This document shows positions 1-11,636 of a stretch of DNA of 64,000 nucleotides, in pieces. The notes under the pieces were generated by a model. It made no database searches. It was not told the DNA's origin and saw nothing but the letters and a program-made list of their open reading frames with translations. The stretch comes from an uncultured Gemmatimonadales bacterium (GTDB lineage: Bacteria > Gemmatimonadota > Gemmatimonadetes > Gemmatimonadales > GWC2-71-9): the NCBI GenBank assembly GCA_963695555.1, contig CAVOGR010000001.1, positions 640,001 to 704,000 on the forward strand, given 5' to 3'. Each line of letters begins with the position of its first letter. The stretch's first letter is position 1. The translations under genes were made by a program, and so were the position numbers.

Positions 1-3000
1 GCCGGGCGGAGTCGTCGCTCATCAAGAACACCTTGGGCAAGGATCCGACGCACAGCGAGGCCGAGGCGCTGGAGCAGATCTACTCGCTCCTCCGGCCCGG
101 TGAAGCTCCGAATCTCGAAACGGCGAGGGAAGCGCTCAAGCGACTCTTCTTCAACCCGAAGCGGTACGATCTCGGCCGGGTGGGCCGGTACAAGATCAAC
201 CAGCGGCTCGGGACCGTGTCCCCGGAAGACCACACGGTCCTGACCGAAGACGATTTCGTCGCGATCATCCGCTACCTGATCCATTTGCGCGAGGGTCGCG
301 GCTACACCGATGACATCGACCACTTGGGCAATCGCCGAATCCGGTCGGTCGGCGAGCTGATTGCGAATCAGTTCTCGGTGGGTCTGTCGCGGATGGCGCG
401 GCTCGTCAAGGAACGGATGAGCATCAACAGCGATCCCGAGAAGATCTCGCTGGACGATCTTGTCAATGCGCGGACGGTCTCGGCCGTCATCCAGGCGTTC
501 TTCGGATCGTCACAGCTCTCGCAGTTCATGGACCAGACCAATCCGCTCGCGGAACTGACCAATAAGCGGCGGCTGTCGGCCCTAGGGCCGGGTGGTCTGA
601 CGCGGGAGCGCGCTGGCTTTGAGGTGCGCGACGTCCATTACTCGCAGTACGGCCGCATGTGCCCCATCGAGACGCCTGAAGGCCCGAACATCGGCCTGAT
701 TACCAGCCTCTCGACCTATGCCCGGATCAATCATCTGGGATTCATCGAAACGCCGTATCGCGTGGTCAAGAACGGCAAGGTCACCGATGAGATCCACTGG
801 CTCTCGGCCAGCGAGGAGGAAGAGTACGCGGTTGCGCAGGCGAACGCCCCGCTCAACCCGGATAACACCTTCCAGAATCCGCTCGTGCTGACCCGGAAGG
901 GCGACGACTATCCGTTGCTCGCGCCGGAGCACATCGAGTACATGGATGTGGCGCCGGAGCAGCTGGTCTCCATCGCGGCCGCGCTCATTCCGTTCCTCGA
1001 GCATGACGACGCCAACCGCGCCCTCATGGGCTCCAATATGCAGCGTCAGTCCGTGCCACTCCTGTTCCCCTCGGCGCCGCTGGTTGGAACCGGGTTGGAG
1101 GAGAAGGTGGCGCGCGACTCGGGGGCGGTGATCGTGGCGCGCCGTGGGGGAATCGTGACGCGCGTGACGGCAGACGAAATTCTCATCGATGCCGGTGGCA
1201 AGCGCGCCAAGCCCAGCTCGGCGCCCCTCTCGCGGCTGATCCAGCACGACCGCTATCGCGTGAAGAAATTCTGGCGCACCAACCAAGACACCGCCATCAA
1301 TCAGCGGCCCCTCGTCCAGGTCGGCGATACCGTTACCGAGGATCAAATCATTGCCGACGGACCCGCCACCGACCACGGCGAACTCGCACTTGGCAGCAAT
1401 GTCGTTGTGGCGTTCATGCCGTGGTACGGCCACAACTTCGAAGACGCCATCGTCCTGTCCGAGCGCCTCGTGAAGGACGACGTGTATTCGTCGATCCACA
1501 TCCAGGAACTCGAGCTCCACGTCCGCGATACGAAGCGTGGCCAGGAGGAGATCACGCGCGAAATCCCGAATGTCTCGGATGAGGCGTTGGTCGATCTCGA
1601 CGAACGCGGCATCGTCCGGATCGGGGCCCACGTGGTTCCCGGGGACATTCTCGTTGGAAAGATCACGCCGAAGGGTGAGACCGAGCTCTCGCCTGAGGAA
1701 AAGCTGTTGACGGCCATCTTCGGCGAGAAGGCAAAGGACGTCAAGGACAGCTCCCTCAAGGTGCCGCCTGGTATGAAGGGTGTCATCATCGACGTCAAGA
1801 TCTTCAGCCGCATCGAAGATCAGGTTGTTGAGAAGGATCGTGGCGAGCGTATCGGGGAAGTCCGAAGGATCGAGAACGACGAGAAGGCTCGCATCAGCAC
1901 CGCGATGTTGGAGGAGCTGGCGGACCTCCTGGAAGGCCAGGAGGTGGCCCTCATGCTGAAGGCGGGTACGGTCGAGGAATTCTATCCGGCCGGGACCAAA
2001 CTTTCCGGCGCGATGCTGAAGGACCTCGATCTGACGGAGATCGACCTGAAGACGCTGAGGGTGGCCGATACAGCCGCGAACGACCGCATCAGGGCCACGA
2101 TCGATACGGCCGCTGCCGAGCGGGCCAAGGTCGAGGAGAAGGCTGAGGACCAGATTGACAAGATCCTGCAACCGGATGAGCTGCCTCCGGGCGTCATTCA
2201 GTTGGTCAAGGTCTATATCGCGGAAAAGCGCAAAGTCAGCGTTGGCGACAAGATGGCGGGCCGTCACGGCAACAAAGGCATCGTCGCCCGGATCGTGCCG
2301 GAAGAGGATATGCCGTTCCTACCGAACGGGGAACCGGTCGACATCGTGCTGAACCCGCTCGGCGTGCCGAGCCGTATGAACGTCGGCCAAATCCTGGAAA
2401 CCCACCTGGGGTGGTGTGCGCAGCTGCTCGGGTTCGAGGCGAAGACGCCGGTGTTCCGCGGCGCCGACGAAGCCGAGGTGGGCACCTTGTTGCGGCTCGC
2501 TGGATGCAAGTGGGCGGCCCAGGCGCTGCATCTTCGAGCGCCCGCCCCCGAGCCGACCAGCGATGTCATTACCCAGATGGTGGACGACCTCAAGCGGCTG
2601 GCGCCGCACGGGGAGAAGACGGCCATGGAAGACATCGGCATTGGATTGTTGGCCGATGCGAGTGCCGCACCCTCGACCCGCGCGCTGCACGATCAGGTTC
2701 GCACGTTCCTCGTCGAGGCAGCCAAGGATCTTGGCGCCCGCGAGCAGGAGCAATCACGGCACACACTCGCCTTCCACCAGGCCTGGGTCGAGCAGGCGGA
2801 CGACGCAACAGTGACCGGCCAGCCGTCCAAGAAGGCCATGAAGGAGCTGGAGGCGAAGGCTGAGGCATCACTGGCTGACGCATTGACCACGGGGGGGTAC
2901 CCTGCATTGGCCGAGGCGCTCGAATCCAAAGGCAAAGGCGACATCGACGCGTCGGTCGAAGAATTGATGCGCGCTGCCGGTCTGCTGCCGTACGGCAAGG

Positions 3001-3416
3001 CTCGGCTTCGTGATGGCCGTACCGGGCAGGAATTCGAGGGCGATGTGACGGTCGGTTCCATTTACATGCTGAAGTTGAGCCACCTGGTCGATGACAAGAT
3101 CCACGCCCGATCGATCGGCCCGTACTCGCTGGTCACCCAGCAGCCATTGGCCGGAAAGGCGCAGTTCGGCGGTCAGCGGTTCGGGGAAATGGAGGTCTGG
3201 GCGCTCGAAGCCTACGGCGCCTCCCACGTCCTTCAAGAGATGCTGACGGTCAAGTCGGACGATGTGAACGGCCGCAGTAAGGTTTATGAAGCGATCGTCA
3301 AGGGTCAGAATCTTCCGGAGCCCGGGATTCCCGAATCCTTCAATGTATTGGTCAAGGAACTCCAGGCCCTGGGGTTGAAGGTCACGCTCGGCACCACCGC
3401 CGACGGCGACGAGTAA
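1..3416 (+). CDS. rpoB: RNA polymerase beta subunit (5'-truncated by window edge)
   Basis: Motifs [56 protein letters not shown]; reading frame is open back to position 3. Confidence 0.99.
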   Translation, partial: RAESSLIKNTLGKDPTHSEAEALEQIYSLLRPGEAPNLETAREALKRLFFNPKRYDLGRVGRYKINQRLGTVSPEDHTVLTEDDFVAIIRYLIHLREGRGYTDDIDHLGNRRIRSVGELIANQFSVGLSRMARLVKERMSINSDPEKISLDDLVNARTVSAVIQAFFGSSQLSQFMDQTNPLAELTNKRRLSALGPGGLTRERAGFEVRDVHYSQYGRMCPIETPEGPNIGLITSLSTYARINHLGFIETPYRVVKNGKVTDEIHWLSASEEEEYAVAQANAPLNPDNTFQNPLVLTRKGDDYPLLAPEHIEYMDVAPEQLVSIAAALIPFLEHDDANRALMGSNMQRQSVPLLFPSAPLVGTGLEEKVARDSGAVIVARRGGIVTRVTADEILIDAGGKRAKPSSAPLSRLIQHDRYRVKKFWRTNQDTAINQRPLVQVGDTVTEDQIIADGPATDHGELALGSNVVVAFMPWYGHNFEDAIVLSERLVKDDVYSSIHIQELELHVRDTKRGQEEITREIPNVSDEALVDLDERGIVRIGAHVVPGDILVGKITPKGETELSPEEKLLTAIFGEKAKDVKDSSLKVPPGMKGVIIDVKIFSRIEDQVVEKDRGERIGEVRRIENDEKARISTAMLEELADLLEGQEVALMLKAGTVEEFYPAGTKLSGAMLKDLDLTEIDLKTLRVADTAANDRIRATIDTAAAERAKVEEKAEDQIDKILQPDELPPGVIQLVKVYIAEKRKVSVGDKMAGRHGNKGIVARIVPEEDMPFLPNGEPVDIVLNPLGVPSRMNVGQILETHLGWCAQLLGFEAKTPVFRGADEAEVGTLLRLAGCKWAAQALHLRAPAPEPTSDVITQMVDDLKRLAPHGEKTAMEDIGIGLLADASAAPSTRALHDQVRTFLVEAAKDLGAREQEQSRHTLAFHQAWVEQADDATVTGQPSKKAMKELEAKAEASLADALTTGGYPALAEALESKGKGDIDASVEELMRAAGLLPYGKARLRDGRTGQEFEGDVTVGSIYMLKLSHLVDDKIHARSIGPYSLVTQQPLAGKAQFGGQRFGEMEVWALEAYGASHVLQEMLTVKSDDVNGRSKVYEAIVKGQNLPEPGIPESFNVLVKELQALGLKVTLGTTADGDE

Positions 3417-3426
3417 CGAGGTAGCC

Positions 3427-6400
3427 ATGATTGATTTTCGCAGCGGACGCGAGCCCGACGGTTCGAATTTCGACTATATCAGCATCCGGATCGCCTCCCC
3501 CGAGGAAATCCGGGGGCCCCGGGATACCAAGGAACGCGAGCGGCTTGAATTGCAGGGCCAACGCACCTGGTGGTCGTGGGGCGAAGTGACCAAGCCGGAA
3601 ACGATCAACTATCGGTCGTTCAAACCGGAAAAGGACGGGCTCTTTTGCGAGCGCATCTTCGGCCCCGTAAAGGACTGGGAATGCCATTGCGGCAAGTACA
3701 AGCGCATTCGCTATCGCGGAGTGATCTGCGACCGGTGCGGTGTCGAGGTAACGCTGAGCAAGGTTCGGCGCGAGCGCATGGGGCACATCGAGTTGAGCGT
3801 GCCGGTCGCGCACATCTGGTTCTTCAAGACCCTCCCGTCGCCCATGGGAAATCTCCTGGGCATGACGCTCCGGGACCTCGAACGGGTGGTGTATTACTCG
3901 AACTACATCGTCATCGATCCGGGCAAGCAAGAGGTGGAGCTGCATCAGTTGCTTGATGAGGACCAGTATCTCGATCTCCGACAGAAGGCCCAATCCGACG
4001 GCGACAACGGGTTCAAGGCCGACATCGGCGCCCCGGCAGTGCGGGAGATCCTGAGCCGCCTCGAACTGAAGAAGTTGGCGGAAGATCTTCGCGCCAAGGT
4101 CGCGACCGAGACCAGCCAGCATCGGAAGAAACAGATGCTCAAGCGGCTCAAGATCGTGGACGCGTTCTTGAGCTCTGGCGACTCCGGCGACCTGCCCAAT
4201 GATCCCAGCTGGATGATCTTGGACGTCGTGCCGGTCATCCCGCCTGATCTGCGGCCGCTGGTTCCGCTCGATGGTGGGCGCTTTGCGACCAGTGACCTGA
4301 ACGATCTCTACCGCAGGGTCATCAACCGCAACAACCGGCTGCAGAAGCTGATTCAGCATCGTGCGCCGGAAGTCATCTTGCGGAATGAGAAGCGGATGCT
4401 GCAAGAGGCCGTCGACGCCTTGTTCGACAACGGCCGGCGCTCAAAGGCCATCCGGGGCAGAGGGAAGCGGCCGCTCAAGTCGTTGTCCGACATGCTCAAA
4501 GGAAAGCAAGGCCGCTTCCGCCAGAATCTGCTCGGGAAACGAGTCGACTACTCGGGCCGTTCGGTCATCGTGGTGGGCCCGGAGCTCCGGCTCCATCAAT
4601 GCGGGCTGCCCAAGGCCATGGCCGTCGAGCTGTTCAAGCCCTTCATCATCCACAAGCTGGTGGAAAAGGGCATCGCCGAGACGGTGAAGCGTGCGAAGAA
4701 GATCGTGGAGCGCGAATCCTCGGAAGTCTACGAGATCCTGGAAGAGATCATTCAGGACCACCCTGTGCTTCTGAATCGTGCGCCGACGCTCCACCGGCTT
4801 GGTATTCAGGCCTTCGAGCCGGTCCTGGTCGAAGGAAAGGCCATCCGGATCCATCCGCTCGTGTGCGCGGCCTTCAATGCGGACTTCGATGGCGACCAAA
4901 TGGCGGTGCACGTGCCGCTGTCCTTCGAGGCCCAGCTCGAAGCGCGGGTGCTGATGATCTCATCCAATAACGTCCTCAAGCCCTCCGATGGCCGGCCGGT
5001 GGCCGAGCCGTCACAGGACATGGTGTTGGGTTGTTACTTCCTGACTAAGTTGCCGCCGGGCTTCGAAGAGCGGCTGTCAGCGGCCGAGGGCGAGGAGCGG
5101 GTGGCCGTGAAGGCGGAGCTCTGGAAGGACGCTCGGCATTTCGGCAGCCCGGCAGAACTGGAGATGGCGCTGCTCGGCAGTTCTGTGGGATACAATTCGG
5201 CCATCTGGTTCTGGTATGTGCCACCGCACGAAGCCCAGGACCCGTATCCGCGGTGGGTCATGACCACCATCGGCCGGGTGCTGTTCAACAATATTCTGCC
5301 GCGGCAGCTCGTGGCCGAGCTGGGATTCCGCGATGACCTGATGAAGAAGAAGACGCTGTCCGAACTGGTGCTCCAAGCGTATCGACGCGCGGGGCTCTCG
5401 GAGACGGTACTGTTCCTGGACCGGCTCAAGGATTTCGGGTTCCGGTTCGCGACGATGGGCGGCATTTCGATCGGGGTTGAAGATCTGGAGGTGCCGGCAG
5501 AGAAGGCCACCCTCATTGAAGAGGCCGATAAGCGCGTCGGGAGATTCCAAAAAGCGTACAACACGGGGCAGATCACCTTCGGAGAGCGGTATAACAAGGT
5601 GATCGACGCCTGGACGCACGCCAATAACGACGTCGCCAACGCGATGATCAACCATATGCGGACCTCGCGTGGCGGCTACAACCCCGTCTTCATGATGTTC
5701 GATTCGGGGTCTCGGGGAAGCCGGGACCAGATCCGGCAGCTGGCCGGCATGCGGGGGCTGATGGCCAAGCCCCAGAAGAAACTCACCGGCGGCATCGGGG
5801 AGATCATCGAGAGTCCGATCAAGTCGAACTTCCGGGAAGGCCTCACCGTCCTCGAGTACTTCATCTCGACCCACGGAGCCCGGAAGGGATTGGCCGACAC
5901 GGCCCTCAAGACGGCCGATGCGGGATACCTCACCCGTCGGCTCGTCGACGTGGCGCAAGACGTCACCATTACCGAAGAGGATTGCGGGACCATCCTCGGC
6001 CTCGACGTGACGGCCCTCAAGGAGGGAGAGGATGTGATCGAGCCCGTGGCCGAACGCATTCTCGGCAGTGTGATCTCGGAAGACGTGTTCGATCCGCATG
6101 AGCTCGATGAGGACGGCGATCCGAAACTGCTCGCGCATGCGGGCCAGCTCGTGTCGGAAGAGATCGCCGCCGCGATCGACGAAGCCGGCATCGATAAGGT
6201 CGCGATTCGATCGGTCTTGACGTGTGAGTCCCGGCGTGGTGTGTGCCGGATGTGTTACGGGCGGAATCTCGCCACCATGGACATGGTGGACATGGGAGAG
6301 GCCGTTGGCATTTTGGCTGCCCAATCCATCGGTGAGCCGGGGACGCAGCTCACGCTCCGCACCTTCCACATCGGCGGAACCTCCGCCCGTATTGCCGAGG

Positions 6401-7959
6401 AAGCCGAGCGACGAGCCAGGTTGGACGGAATTGTGCACTATACCAAGGGATTGGAATACGCCGACCTCCCGGTCCGGCATGAAGACGATTCCGAGAGCAT
6501 AATCCGTGTCGTGCTGACGCGTGAGGATGAATCCGCCGAAGAGGAACGGCGCGAAGGCATCATCGTCGTCGACGCCAACGACCCCGAGCGGATCCTCAAC
6601 CGGTACCCGGTTCCCGAAGGGGCGGTGCTGCACGTCAAGGAAGGCGACAAAGCCATCCGTGGCGACGGGGACCGGCGTGCCACCATTCTGTATACCTGGG
6701 ATCCGTACAACGATCCGAGCATCATCAAGCTGGACGGAAAACTGCGCTGGAAGGACCTGGTTCCCGGCGTCACCCTGCGCGAAGAGCTGGACGAAGCGAC
6801 AGGGCTCCGGTCTCTCGTAGTGAGCGCCGATCCTGATCGGGAGCTCCATCCCTCGGTACTGGTGTATAGCACCAACCGGAAGAACCCGCAGGAATACACC
6901 CTCGCCGAAGGGTCACGCATCATTCTGGGGTCGCCCACCGACCAGGTGAGCCGGGCGATGAAGCTGGAAGATACGGGGAACCCGTGGTCCTCGAAGTTCC
7001 ACGTCGAAGAGGTCGGCGTGAATGTCGCCTGGCCAAGCAAGGGCAAGAAGGAGAGCAAGGACAAGACGGTCTTCCTTTCCGACCCCGTGAAGGTCATGAA
7101 GGGTGTGACCGTCACCAAGATCCCGCGCCAGGCGTACAAGACCAGGGACATCACCGGCGGTCTGCCTCGGGTGGCCGAATTGTTCGAGGCTCGCCGTCCC
7201 AAGGATCCCGCGACGATCTCTGAGGTCGATGGCGCGGTATCGTTCGGAGAGATCAAGCGCGGCAAGCGTGAGATCTTCGTCACTCCGGGCGAAGGCGAGG
7301 CGCAAACGTACGAGGTCGCCGCCGGCAAGCACCTGCGGGTGCATGAAGGCGACCGGGTGCGCGCGGGCGACCGGCTTACCGAAGGCCCGGTCAATCCTCA
7401 CGACATTCTGCGTATCAAGGGACCACGGGCGGTGCAGGAGTACTTGCTGAATGAGGTGCAGGAGGTCTACCGGTTGCAGGGAGTCAGGATCGCCGACAAG
7501 CACATCGGTGTTATCGTCAGGCAGATGCTGCAAAAGGTGCGTGTCAGCGCTCCCGCCGACACCGACTTCCTGGAAGGAGAGACCGTCGACCGGCTGCTCT
7601 TCCGCGACGTAAATGAGCGGACCGTCAAGCGCAAAAACACCCCGGCGACCTCCGAGCCCGTTCTGCTCGGCATCACCAAGGCGAGCTTGACGACGCAGTC
7701 GTTCATTTCCGCGGCCTCGTTCCAGGAGACCACGCGAGTGCTGACCGATGCGGCCATTCGCGGAGCCAAGGACGATCTGCTCGGCCTCAAGGAGAATATC
7801 ATCATCGGCCACCTCATCCCGGCCGGAACCGGCATCTACCGGTATGCCGAGATCGAGATCGAACCGCCGGCGGGCTTCGAACCGCCGCCGCCGCCGGAAC
7901 CGGTGGAGGAACCGACGCCGGAACAGATGGGAATCGTGTCGGCGGCAGTGGCAAGCTGA
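3427..7959 (+). CDS. rpoC: RNA polymerase beta' subunit
   Basis: Catalytic NADFDGD motif, N-terminal Zn finger CHCGKY...CDRC, GAGG RBS. Confidence 0.99.
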   Translation: MIDFRSGREPDGSNFDYISIRIASPEEIRGPRDTKERERLELQGQRTWWSWGEVTKPETINYRSFKPEKDGLFCERIFGPVKDWECHCGKYKRIRYRGVICDRCGVEVTLSKVRRERMGHIELSVPVAHIWFFKTLPSPMGNLLGMTLRDLERVVYYSNYIVIDPGKQEVELHQLLDEDQYLDLRQKAQSDGDNGFKADIGAPAVREILSRLELKKLAEDLRAKVATETSQHRKKQMLKRLKIVDAFLSSGDSGDLPNDPSWMILDVVPVIPPDLRPLVPLDGGRFATSDLNDLYRRVINRNNRLQKLIQHRAPEVILRNEKRMLQEAVDALFDNGRRSKAIRGRGKRPLKSLSDMLKGKQGRFRQNLLGKRVDYSGRSVIVVGPELRLHQCGLPKAMAVELFKPFIIHKLVEKGIAETVKRAKKIVERESSEVYEILEEIIQDHPVLLNRAPTLHRLGIQAFEPVLVEGKAIRIHPLVCAAFNADFDGDQMAVHVPLSFEAQLEARVLMISSNNVLKPSDGRPVAEPSQDMVLGCYFLTKLPPGFEERLSAAEGEERVAVKAELWKDARHFGSPAELEMALLGSSVGYNSAIWFWYVPPHEAQDPYPRWVMTTIGRVLFNNILPRQLVAELGFRDDLMKKKTLSELVLQAYRRAGLSETVLFLDRLKDFGFRFATMGGISIGVEDLEVPAEKATLIEEADKRVGRFQKAYNTGQITFGERYNKVIDAWTHANNDVANAMINHMRTSRGGYNPVFMMFDSGSRGSRDQIRQLAGMRGLMAKPQKKLTGGIGEIIESPIKSNFREGLTVLEYFISTHGARKGLADTALKTADAGYLTRRLVDVAQDVTITEEDCGTILGLDVTALKEGEDVIEPVAERILGSVISEDVFDPHELDEDGDPKLLAHAGQLVSEEIAAAIDEAGIDKVAIRSVLTCESRRGVCRMCYGRNLATMDMVDMGEAVGILAAQSIGEPGTQLTLRTFHIGGTSARIAEEAERRARLDGIVHYTKGLEYADLPVRHEDDSESIIRVVLTREDESAEEERREGIIVVDANDPERILNRYPVPEGAVLHVKEGDKAIRGDGDRRATILYTWDPYNDPSIIKLDGKLRWKDLVPGVTLREELDEATGLRSLVVSADPDRELHPSVLVYSTNRKNPQEYTLAEGSRIILGSPTDQVSRAMKLEDTGNPWSSKFHVEEVGVNVAWPSKGKKESKDKTVFLSDPVKVMKGVTVTKIPRQAYKTRDITGGLPRVAELFEARRPKDPATISEVDGAVSFGEIKRGKREIFVTPGEGEAQTYEVAAGKHLRVHEGDRVRAGDRLTEGPVNPHDILRIKGPRAVQEYLLNEVQEVYRLQGVRIADKHIGVIVRQMLQKVRVSAPADTDFLEGETVDRLLFRDVNERTVKRKNTPATSEPVLLGITKASLTTQSFISAASFQETTRVLTDAAIRGAKDDLLGLKENIIIGHLIPAGTGIYRYAEIEIEPPAGFEPPPPPEPVEEPTPEQMGIVSAAVAS

Positions 7960-7980
7960 GCCGGCAGCGGGTCCACGGTA

Positions 7981-8016
7981 TCGCGGGGGCAGGCCACGGA
8001 CGGCCTGCCCCCGCGA
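7981..8016 (+). terminator. Perfect 15-bp hairpin after rpoC (terminator-like, weak U-tract)
   Basis: TCGCGGGGGCAGGCC-ACGGAC-GGCCTGCCCCCGCGA, 21 nt after the rpoC stop. Confidence 0.7.
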
Positions 8017-8054
8017 CGTTGAGGGACTGTCGCATTCCGTAGCGGTCTCGGCCG

Positions 8055-8570
8055 ATGGGGAGTATGATTCCGTACGGTGATCTCGACCGTCGCCCCTCGT
8101 TCAATCCGGAGGTTCGCACCGAAATGCCATCCCAACCATCCGCACCCCATCCCGACCGGATGCAGCGCGCCCAGGGACAAATTGCCGAGGATCACCACGA
8201 CCTCCGACAGGCTCTGGTGAAGCTTCGGCACACGACGGAGCTCGCTCTGCTGATTCCCCAGCTCACCCAGCTGCGCGCCGAATTGAAAGAGCACTTCGAG
8301 CTCGAAGAAGGCGAAGAGGGGCTGGCACAGGCGATTGGAGAGTCAGCTCCCCATCATTTGAACCGGCTCACTAAACTCTTCGACGAACACGTCGCCATGC
8401 TCGCTGCGGTAAATGGGATCATCGAGCGGGCCGAAGCCTGCCTCGATGGGCCGGTTGCGGAGGTGTTTCGTGAGGTGACGGGGCTGTGTGGCCAGCTCGA
8501 GGAGCACGAGGCCAACGAGACCCAGCTCCTCACCGAGGCCGTATTCACCGATTTGGGGACAAGCGGCTAG
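8055..8570 (+). CDS. Hemerythrin/HHE cation-binding domain protein (true start may be 8124 or 8160)
   Basis: H...HFELEE...DEH...HEANE pattern typical of hemerythrin-like four-helix bundles. Confidence 0.7.
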   Translation: MGSMIPYGDLDRRPSFNPEVRTEMPSQPSAPHPDRMQRAQGQIAEDHHDLRQALVKLRHTTELALLIPQLTQLRAELKEHFELEEGEEGLAQAIGESAPHHLNRLTKLFDEHVAMLAAVNGIIERAEACLDGPVAEVFREVTGLCGQLEEHEANETQLLTEAVFTDLGTSG

Positions 8571-8580
8571 CCAAGCAGCG

Positions 8581-9579
8581 CTAGAGCGAGCTCACGATCC
8601 TCGCATTGTGCCCGCGGCCGGCCAAGATGCGCTCAGCGTCGGCCTGCCGCATGCCGAAGATCGCGGTCGCCGCGGCGTCCGCGTGCATACAGGAGCTGGC
8701 CGAGACGCTCACGCTGTGTGTCGGGGTCAGGCGCGGTGCCGCAGTCCGAGGGTCCAGGAGATGATGGTAGCGGCGCCCCGCGTACTGGAAGTACTGGAGG
8801 TAGTCCCCGCTCGTTGCCACCGCAGCATCGGTGAGCTCGAGAGTCCCGGCTAGGCGCGAGGGATCGAGCGGCGAACGGATGCCTATGTTCCACGGGTCGC
8901 CCGACGGCGCCCGACCCAAGGCGTAGAGATCTCCCCCCACATTGATCAGCGCCCGATCGATGCCACGGCTCCGGAGCGCAGCCACCGCGCGGTCGACCGC
9001 GAATCCCTTCGCGATACCGCCAAGATCGACGTGAATATCGTCGGTGGTGAAGCGGACAGCCGCGGCTCCCTGCCAGCGCGAGACATCCATGCCCCGATAG
9101 AATTGTCTCGCGGCCAGCGTGTGGACTTGCCGGGCCGGCGGCGGTGCGTGCCGGTGCATGACATCCCAGAGCTCCAGCGCCTTGCCGATGCACGGATCGA
9201 ACGCCCCGTCACTCGCCTCCGCCCAGCGAAGCGCCTCCTGGAGCACGAGGGCCGTGTCGTCGCTGATAGGCACGCCGTCTGCTGCTGCCCCGCGGTTGGC
9301 TCGACCAATATCGGACGAGGGGTCGAACCGGCTCATCGTGCGCTCCACCGCGCGCAGCTCGTCGATGGCCGCACGGATGGCCTGCTGCGCCAGCCGTTGG
9401 TCGAACGTCAGGACGGCAAACTCGGCGATGGTACCCATGACGGGCACGGTCCGGCGGACCAGCGTGCGTCGGTGCCATGAAAACGGCACCGCCGACACGA
9501 GGAAGGCACCGAGGCCCATGCGCAGGACATCGCGCCGGGTGGGATGGTGGTGGGGCACTCCGGGCTCACGGCCGTTCAT
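8581..9579 (-). CDS. apbE: FAD:protein FMN transferase ApbE with Tat-like signal peptide
   Basis: VMGT, DLGGIAKGFAVD, GGDL, VATSGDY and HHLLDPRT motifs; N-terminal TRRDVL; ends the rnf operon. Confidence 0.93.
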   Translation of the reverse strand: MNGREPGVPHHHPTRRDVLRMGLGAFLVSAVPFSWHRRTLVRRTVPVMGTIAEFAVLTFDQRLAQQAIRAAIDELRAVERTMSRFDPSSDIGRANRGAAADGVPISDDTALVLQEALRWAEASDGAFDPCIGKALELWDVMHRHAPPPARQVHTLAARQFYRGMDVSRWQGAAAVRFTTDDIHVDLGGIAKGFAVDRAVAALRSRGIDRALINVGGDLYALGRAPSGDPWNIGIRSPLDPSRLAGTLELTDAAVATSGDYLQYFQYAGRRYHHLLDPRTAAPRLTPTHSVSVSASSCMHADAAATAIFGMRQADAERILAGRGHNARIVSSL

Positions 9580-9743
9580 GGTGACTCCGGTGGACGAGCG
9601 GCACAGCCGCAGTGATGACAGGACGCCGGCGAGTCTCCGGTCGTGCAGGTATCGCAGTGGGTTGACGTGGGCGCCCCCCGCTGGAGCAGGCCGAAGCCCG
9701 CGAACATGAGGGCGACCGCGAAGACGGCGATGACGATGCTCAT
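9576..9743 (-). CDS. 55-aa single-TM, Cys-rich membrane protein (NqrM-like maturation factor candidate)
   Basis: MSIVIAVFAVALMFAGFGLLQRGAPTSTHCDTCTTGDSPASCHHCGC...; ATGA overlaps with both the rnfA stop and the apbE start. Confidence 0.7.
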   Translation of the reverse strand: MSIVIAVFAVALMFAGFGLLQRGAPTSTHCDTCTTGDSPASCHHCGCAARPPESP

Positions 9744-10321
9744 GTGGAACTCAGAAGGCCGGCAAAGCCCATAAACGCGAGGGACAAGCTCCCCGCGATG
9801 ATCAGGACCAGGGCGGTCCCGCGCGCAAGGTCGGGAATCTCGGCCAACTCGGTGTTCTCCCTGATCGAGGCCATGAGGACCAGCGCGAGCGTCAAACCGA
9901 GTCCCGCCCCAACGGCGAAAAACAGCCCCTGCCAGAATCCGTAGCCACGATTGGTCTGGAAGATCGCGAGTCCCAGAATGGCACAGTTGGTGGTGATGAG
10001 CGGAAGATAGATCCCGAGTTGTCGGAACAGGGTCGGGCTCACCTTCTTGATGACCATCTCGACGATCTGTACCAACGACGCGATCACCACGATGAAGGAA
10101 ATGAGCCGCAGATACGGCGCATGCGGCAGAATGAACGTGTTCAGGAACCAGGCACAGATCGATGTGATCGTGAGGACGAAAATATTGGCCGCCCCCATCC
10201 GGAGGGCCGTCTCGATGCGCCCTGAGACGCCCATGAACGGACACAGTCCAAGGAACAGCACGAGCGTGAAGTTGTTCACCACCATCGCGGACACGAGGAT
10301 CCACATCAGGTCGCCCATCAT
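9740..10321 (-). CDS. rnfA: Rnf complex subunit A
   Basis: NNFTLVLFLGLCPF and LGIYLPLITTNCAILG; ATGA overlap with rnfE. Confidence 0.95.
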   Translation of the reverse strand: MMGDLMWILVSAMVVNNFTLVLFLGLCPFMGVSGRIETALRMGAANIFVLTITSICAWFLNTFILPHAPYLRLISFIVVIASLVQIVEMVIKKVSPTLFRQLGIYLPLITTNCAILGLAIFQTNRGYGFWQGLFFAVGAGLGLTLALVLMASIRENTELAEIPDLARGTALVLIIAGSLSLAFMGFAGLLSST

Positions 10322-10974
10322 GCGGTCCTCCTCTGGGCCACGCCCTCCGGCCACTCACGGATTGCCGCGTTCAGCGCTCGCTTGCGCTGGACCCAACTCA
10401 GCGCCAACAGCAGGAAGCCTAGGGTGAGGAACCCACCGGGCGGCAACGCGAAGATGACCCAGGGTTCGAAGCTCGACCCGAACACGCTCATTCCGAGGAA
10501 GGTTCCGTTGCCGAGAATCTCGCGGACCGAGCCCATCATGAGCATGGCGATCATGAAACCGATGCCGGACCCAAAGGCGTCGAGGAGCGATCGGCCGACC
10601 GGGTTCTTGGAGGCGAAGGCTTCCTGACGGCCAAGGATCATGCAGTTGACGACGATGAGGGCGACGAATGCGCCGAGCGCCTTATGGACCGTCGGCACCA
10701 TGGCTTCCAGCCCCATGTCCGCGATCGTAACGAAGGTGGCGATGACGAGGATATAGGTCGAAATCCGCACTTCGTGCGGGACGAATCGCTTGAAGGTCGA
10801 GACCAGAAGACTCGAACCGGTCAGCACGAAGAAAGTGGCCACGCCCATGGCGATGCTGTTGGCGACCGTGTTGGTCACCGCCAGGGCGGGGCAGAGTCCA
10901 AGCATCTGCACCAGGACAGGGTTCTCCCGCCACACCCCGCGCAGAAAATCTGCCTGCCGTGTCGTTTCTTTCAT
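10318..10974 (-). CDS. rnfE: Rnf complex subunit E
   Basis: ENPVLVQMLGLCPALAVT, LIVVNCMILGR, PPGGF. Confidence 0.95.
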   Translation of the reverse strand: MKETTRQADFLRGVWRENPVLVQMLGLCPALAVTNTVANSIAMGVATFFVLTGSSLLVSTFKRFVPHEVRISTYILVIATFVTIADMGLEAMVPTVHKALGAFVALIVVNCMILGRQEAFASKNPVGRSLLDAFGSGIGFMIAMLMMGSVREILGNGTFLGMSVFGSSFEPWVIFALPPGGFLTLGFLLLALSWVQRKRALNAAIREWPEGVAQRRTA

Positions 10975-11636
10975 GGGCTTCGCTCGGCAACCGAGGATTG
11001 AAATGCCGGTTGCAGACGTTCCAGCGCGTTGTTGATGATGCGGATTACCGCCCGCGACGAGATGGTGGCGCCCGTGATCATGGCGACCTCATGTGGGTCG
11101 GTGCCGGTCACGTCCCGGGCCTTCATGCCTTTGAGCGGTGAGCCGGCGCCCTGGAACTGGGAGACGAAATCCTGATCCTTCTCGATCTTGTCCCCCAGGC
11201 CGGGCGTTTCCTTGCTCTCCAGGACCTTCATGCCGAGGATCGTCCCCGTTTCAGGATCGTAGCCGAAGATCAGCCGAATCACATCCTGGAAGCCTGGCTC
11301 CCCGGCCGGAATGGCATATCCGATGCTCGTTCCATCCGTTCGGTATCCGTGGTAGACGATTTCTAGGCCCTTGTCCCGCGGCCCGACCCCGGGGGGCGGG
11401 CTGTCATGCAGTACGCCCGCATAGGCGTAGAGCGTGTCGTAGTGGTCCGGTGCCTCCAGCACCTCGTACACCGCCTCCTGAAGCATGCGTGCCTTGTAGG
11501 CCTGAATCGTCGGCTGGGTCCAGCCGAACACGAAGACGATGAGGAGCCCGGCCACTGCCCCCGCCCCCGCGAGCGTGGCGAGCAGACGTCCGGCAGCCAC
11601 GTTGGGCCGTTCGGTCGGCGGCGTTGGAGGCGTCAT
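10971..11636 (-). CDS. rnfG: Rnf complex subunit G (FMN-binding)
   Basis: N-terminal TM, ETPGLG, flavinylation motif ITGATISS; start inferred from ATGA overlap with rnfD. Confidence 0.9.
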   Translation of the reverse strand: MTPPTPPTERPNVAAGRLLATLAGAGAVAGLLIVFVFGWTQPTIQAYKARMLQEAVYEVLEAPDHYDTLYAYAGVLHDSPPPGVGPRDKGLEIVYHGYRTDGTSIGYAIPAGEPGFQDVIRLIFGYDPETGTILGMKVLESKETPGLGDKIEKDQDFVSQFQGAGSPLKGMKARDVTGTDPHEVAMITGATISSRAVIRIINNALERLQPAFQSSVAERSP

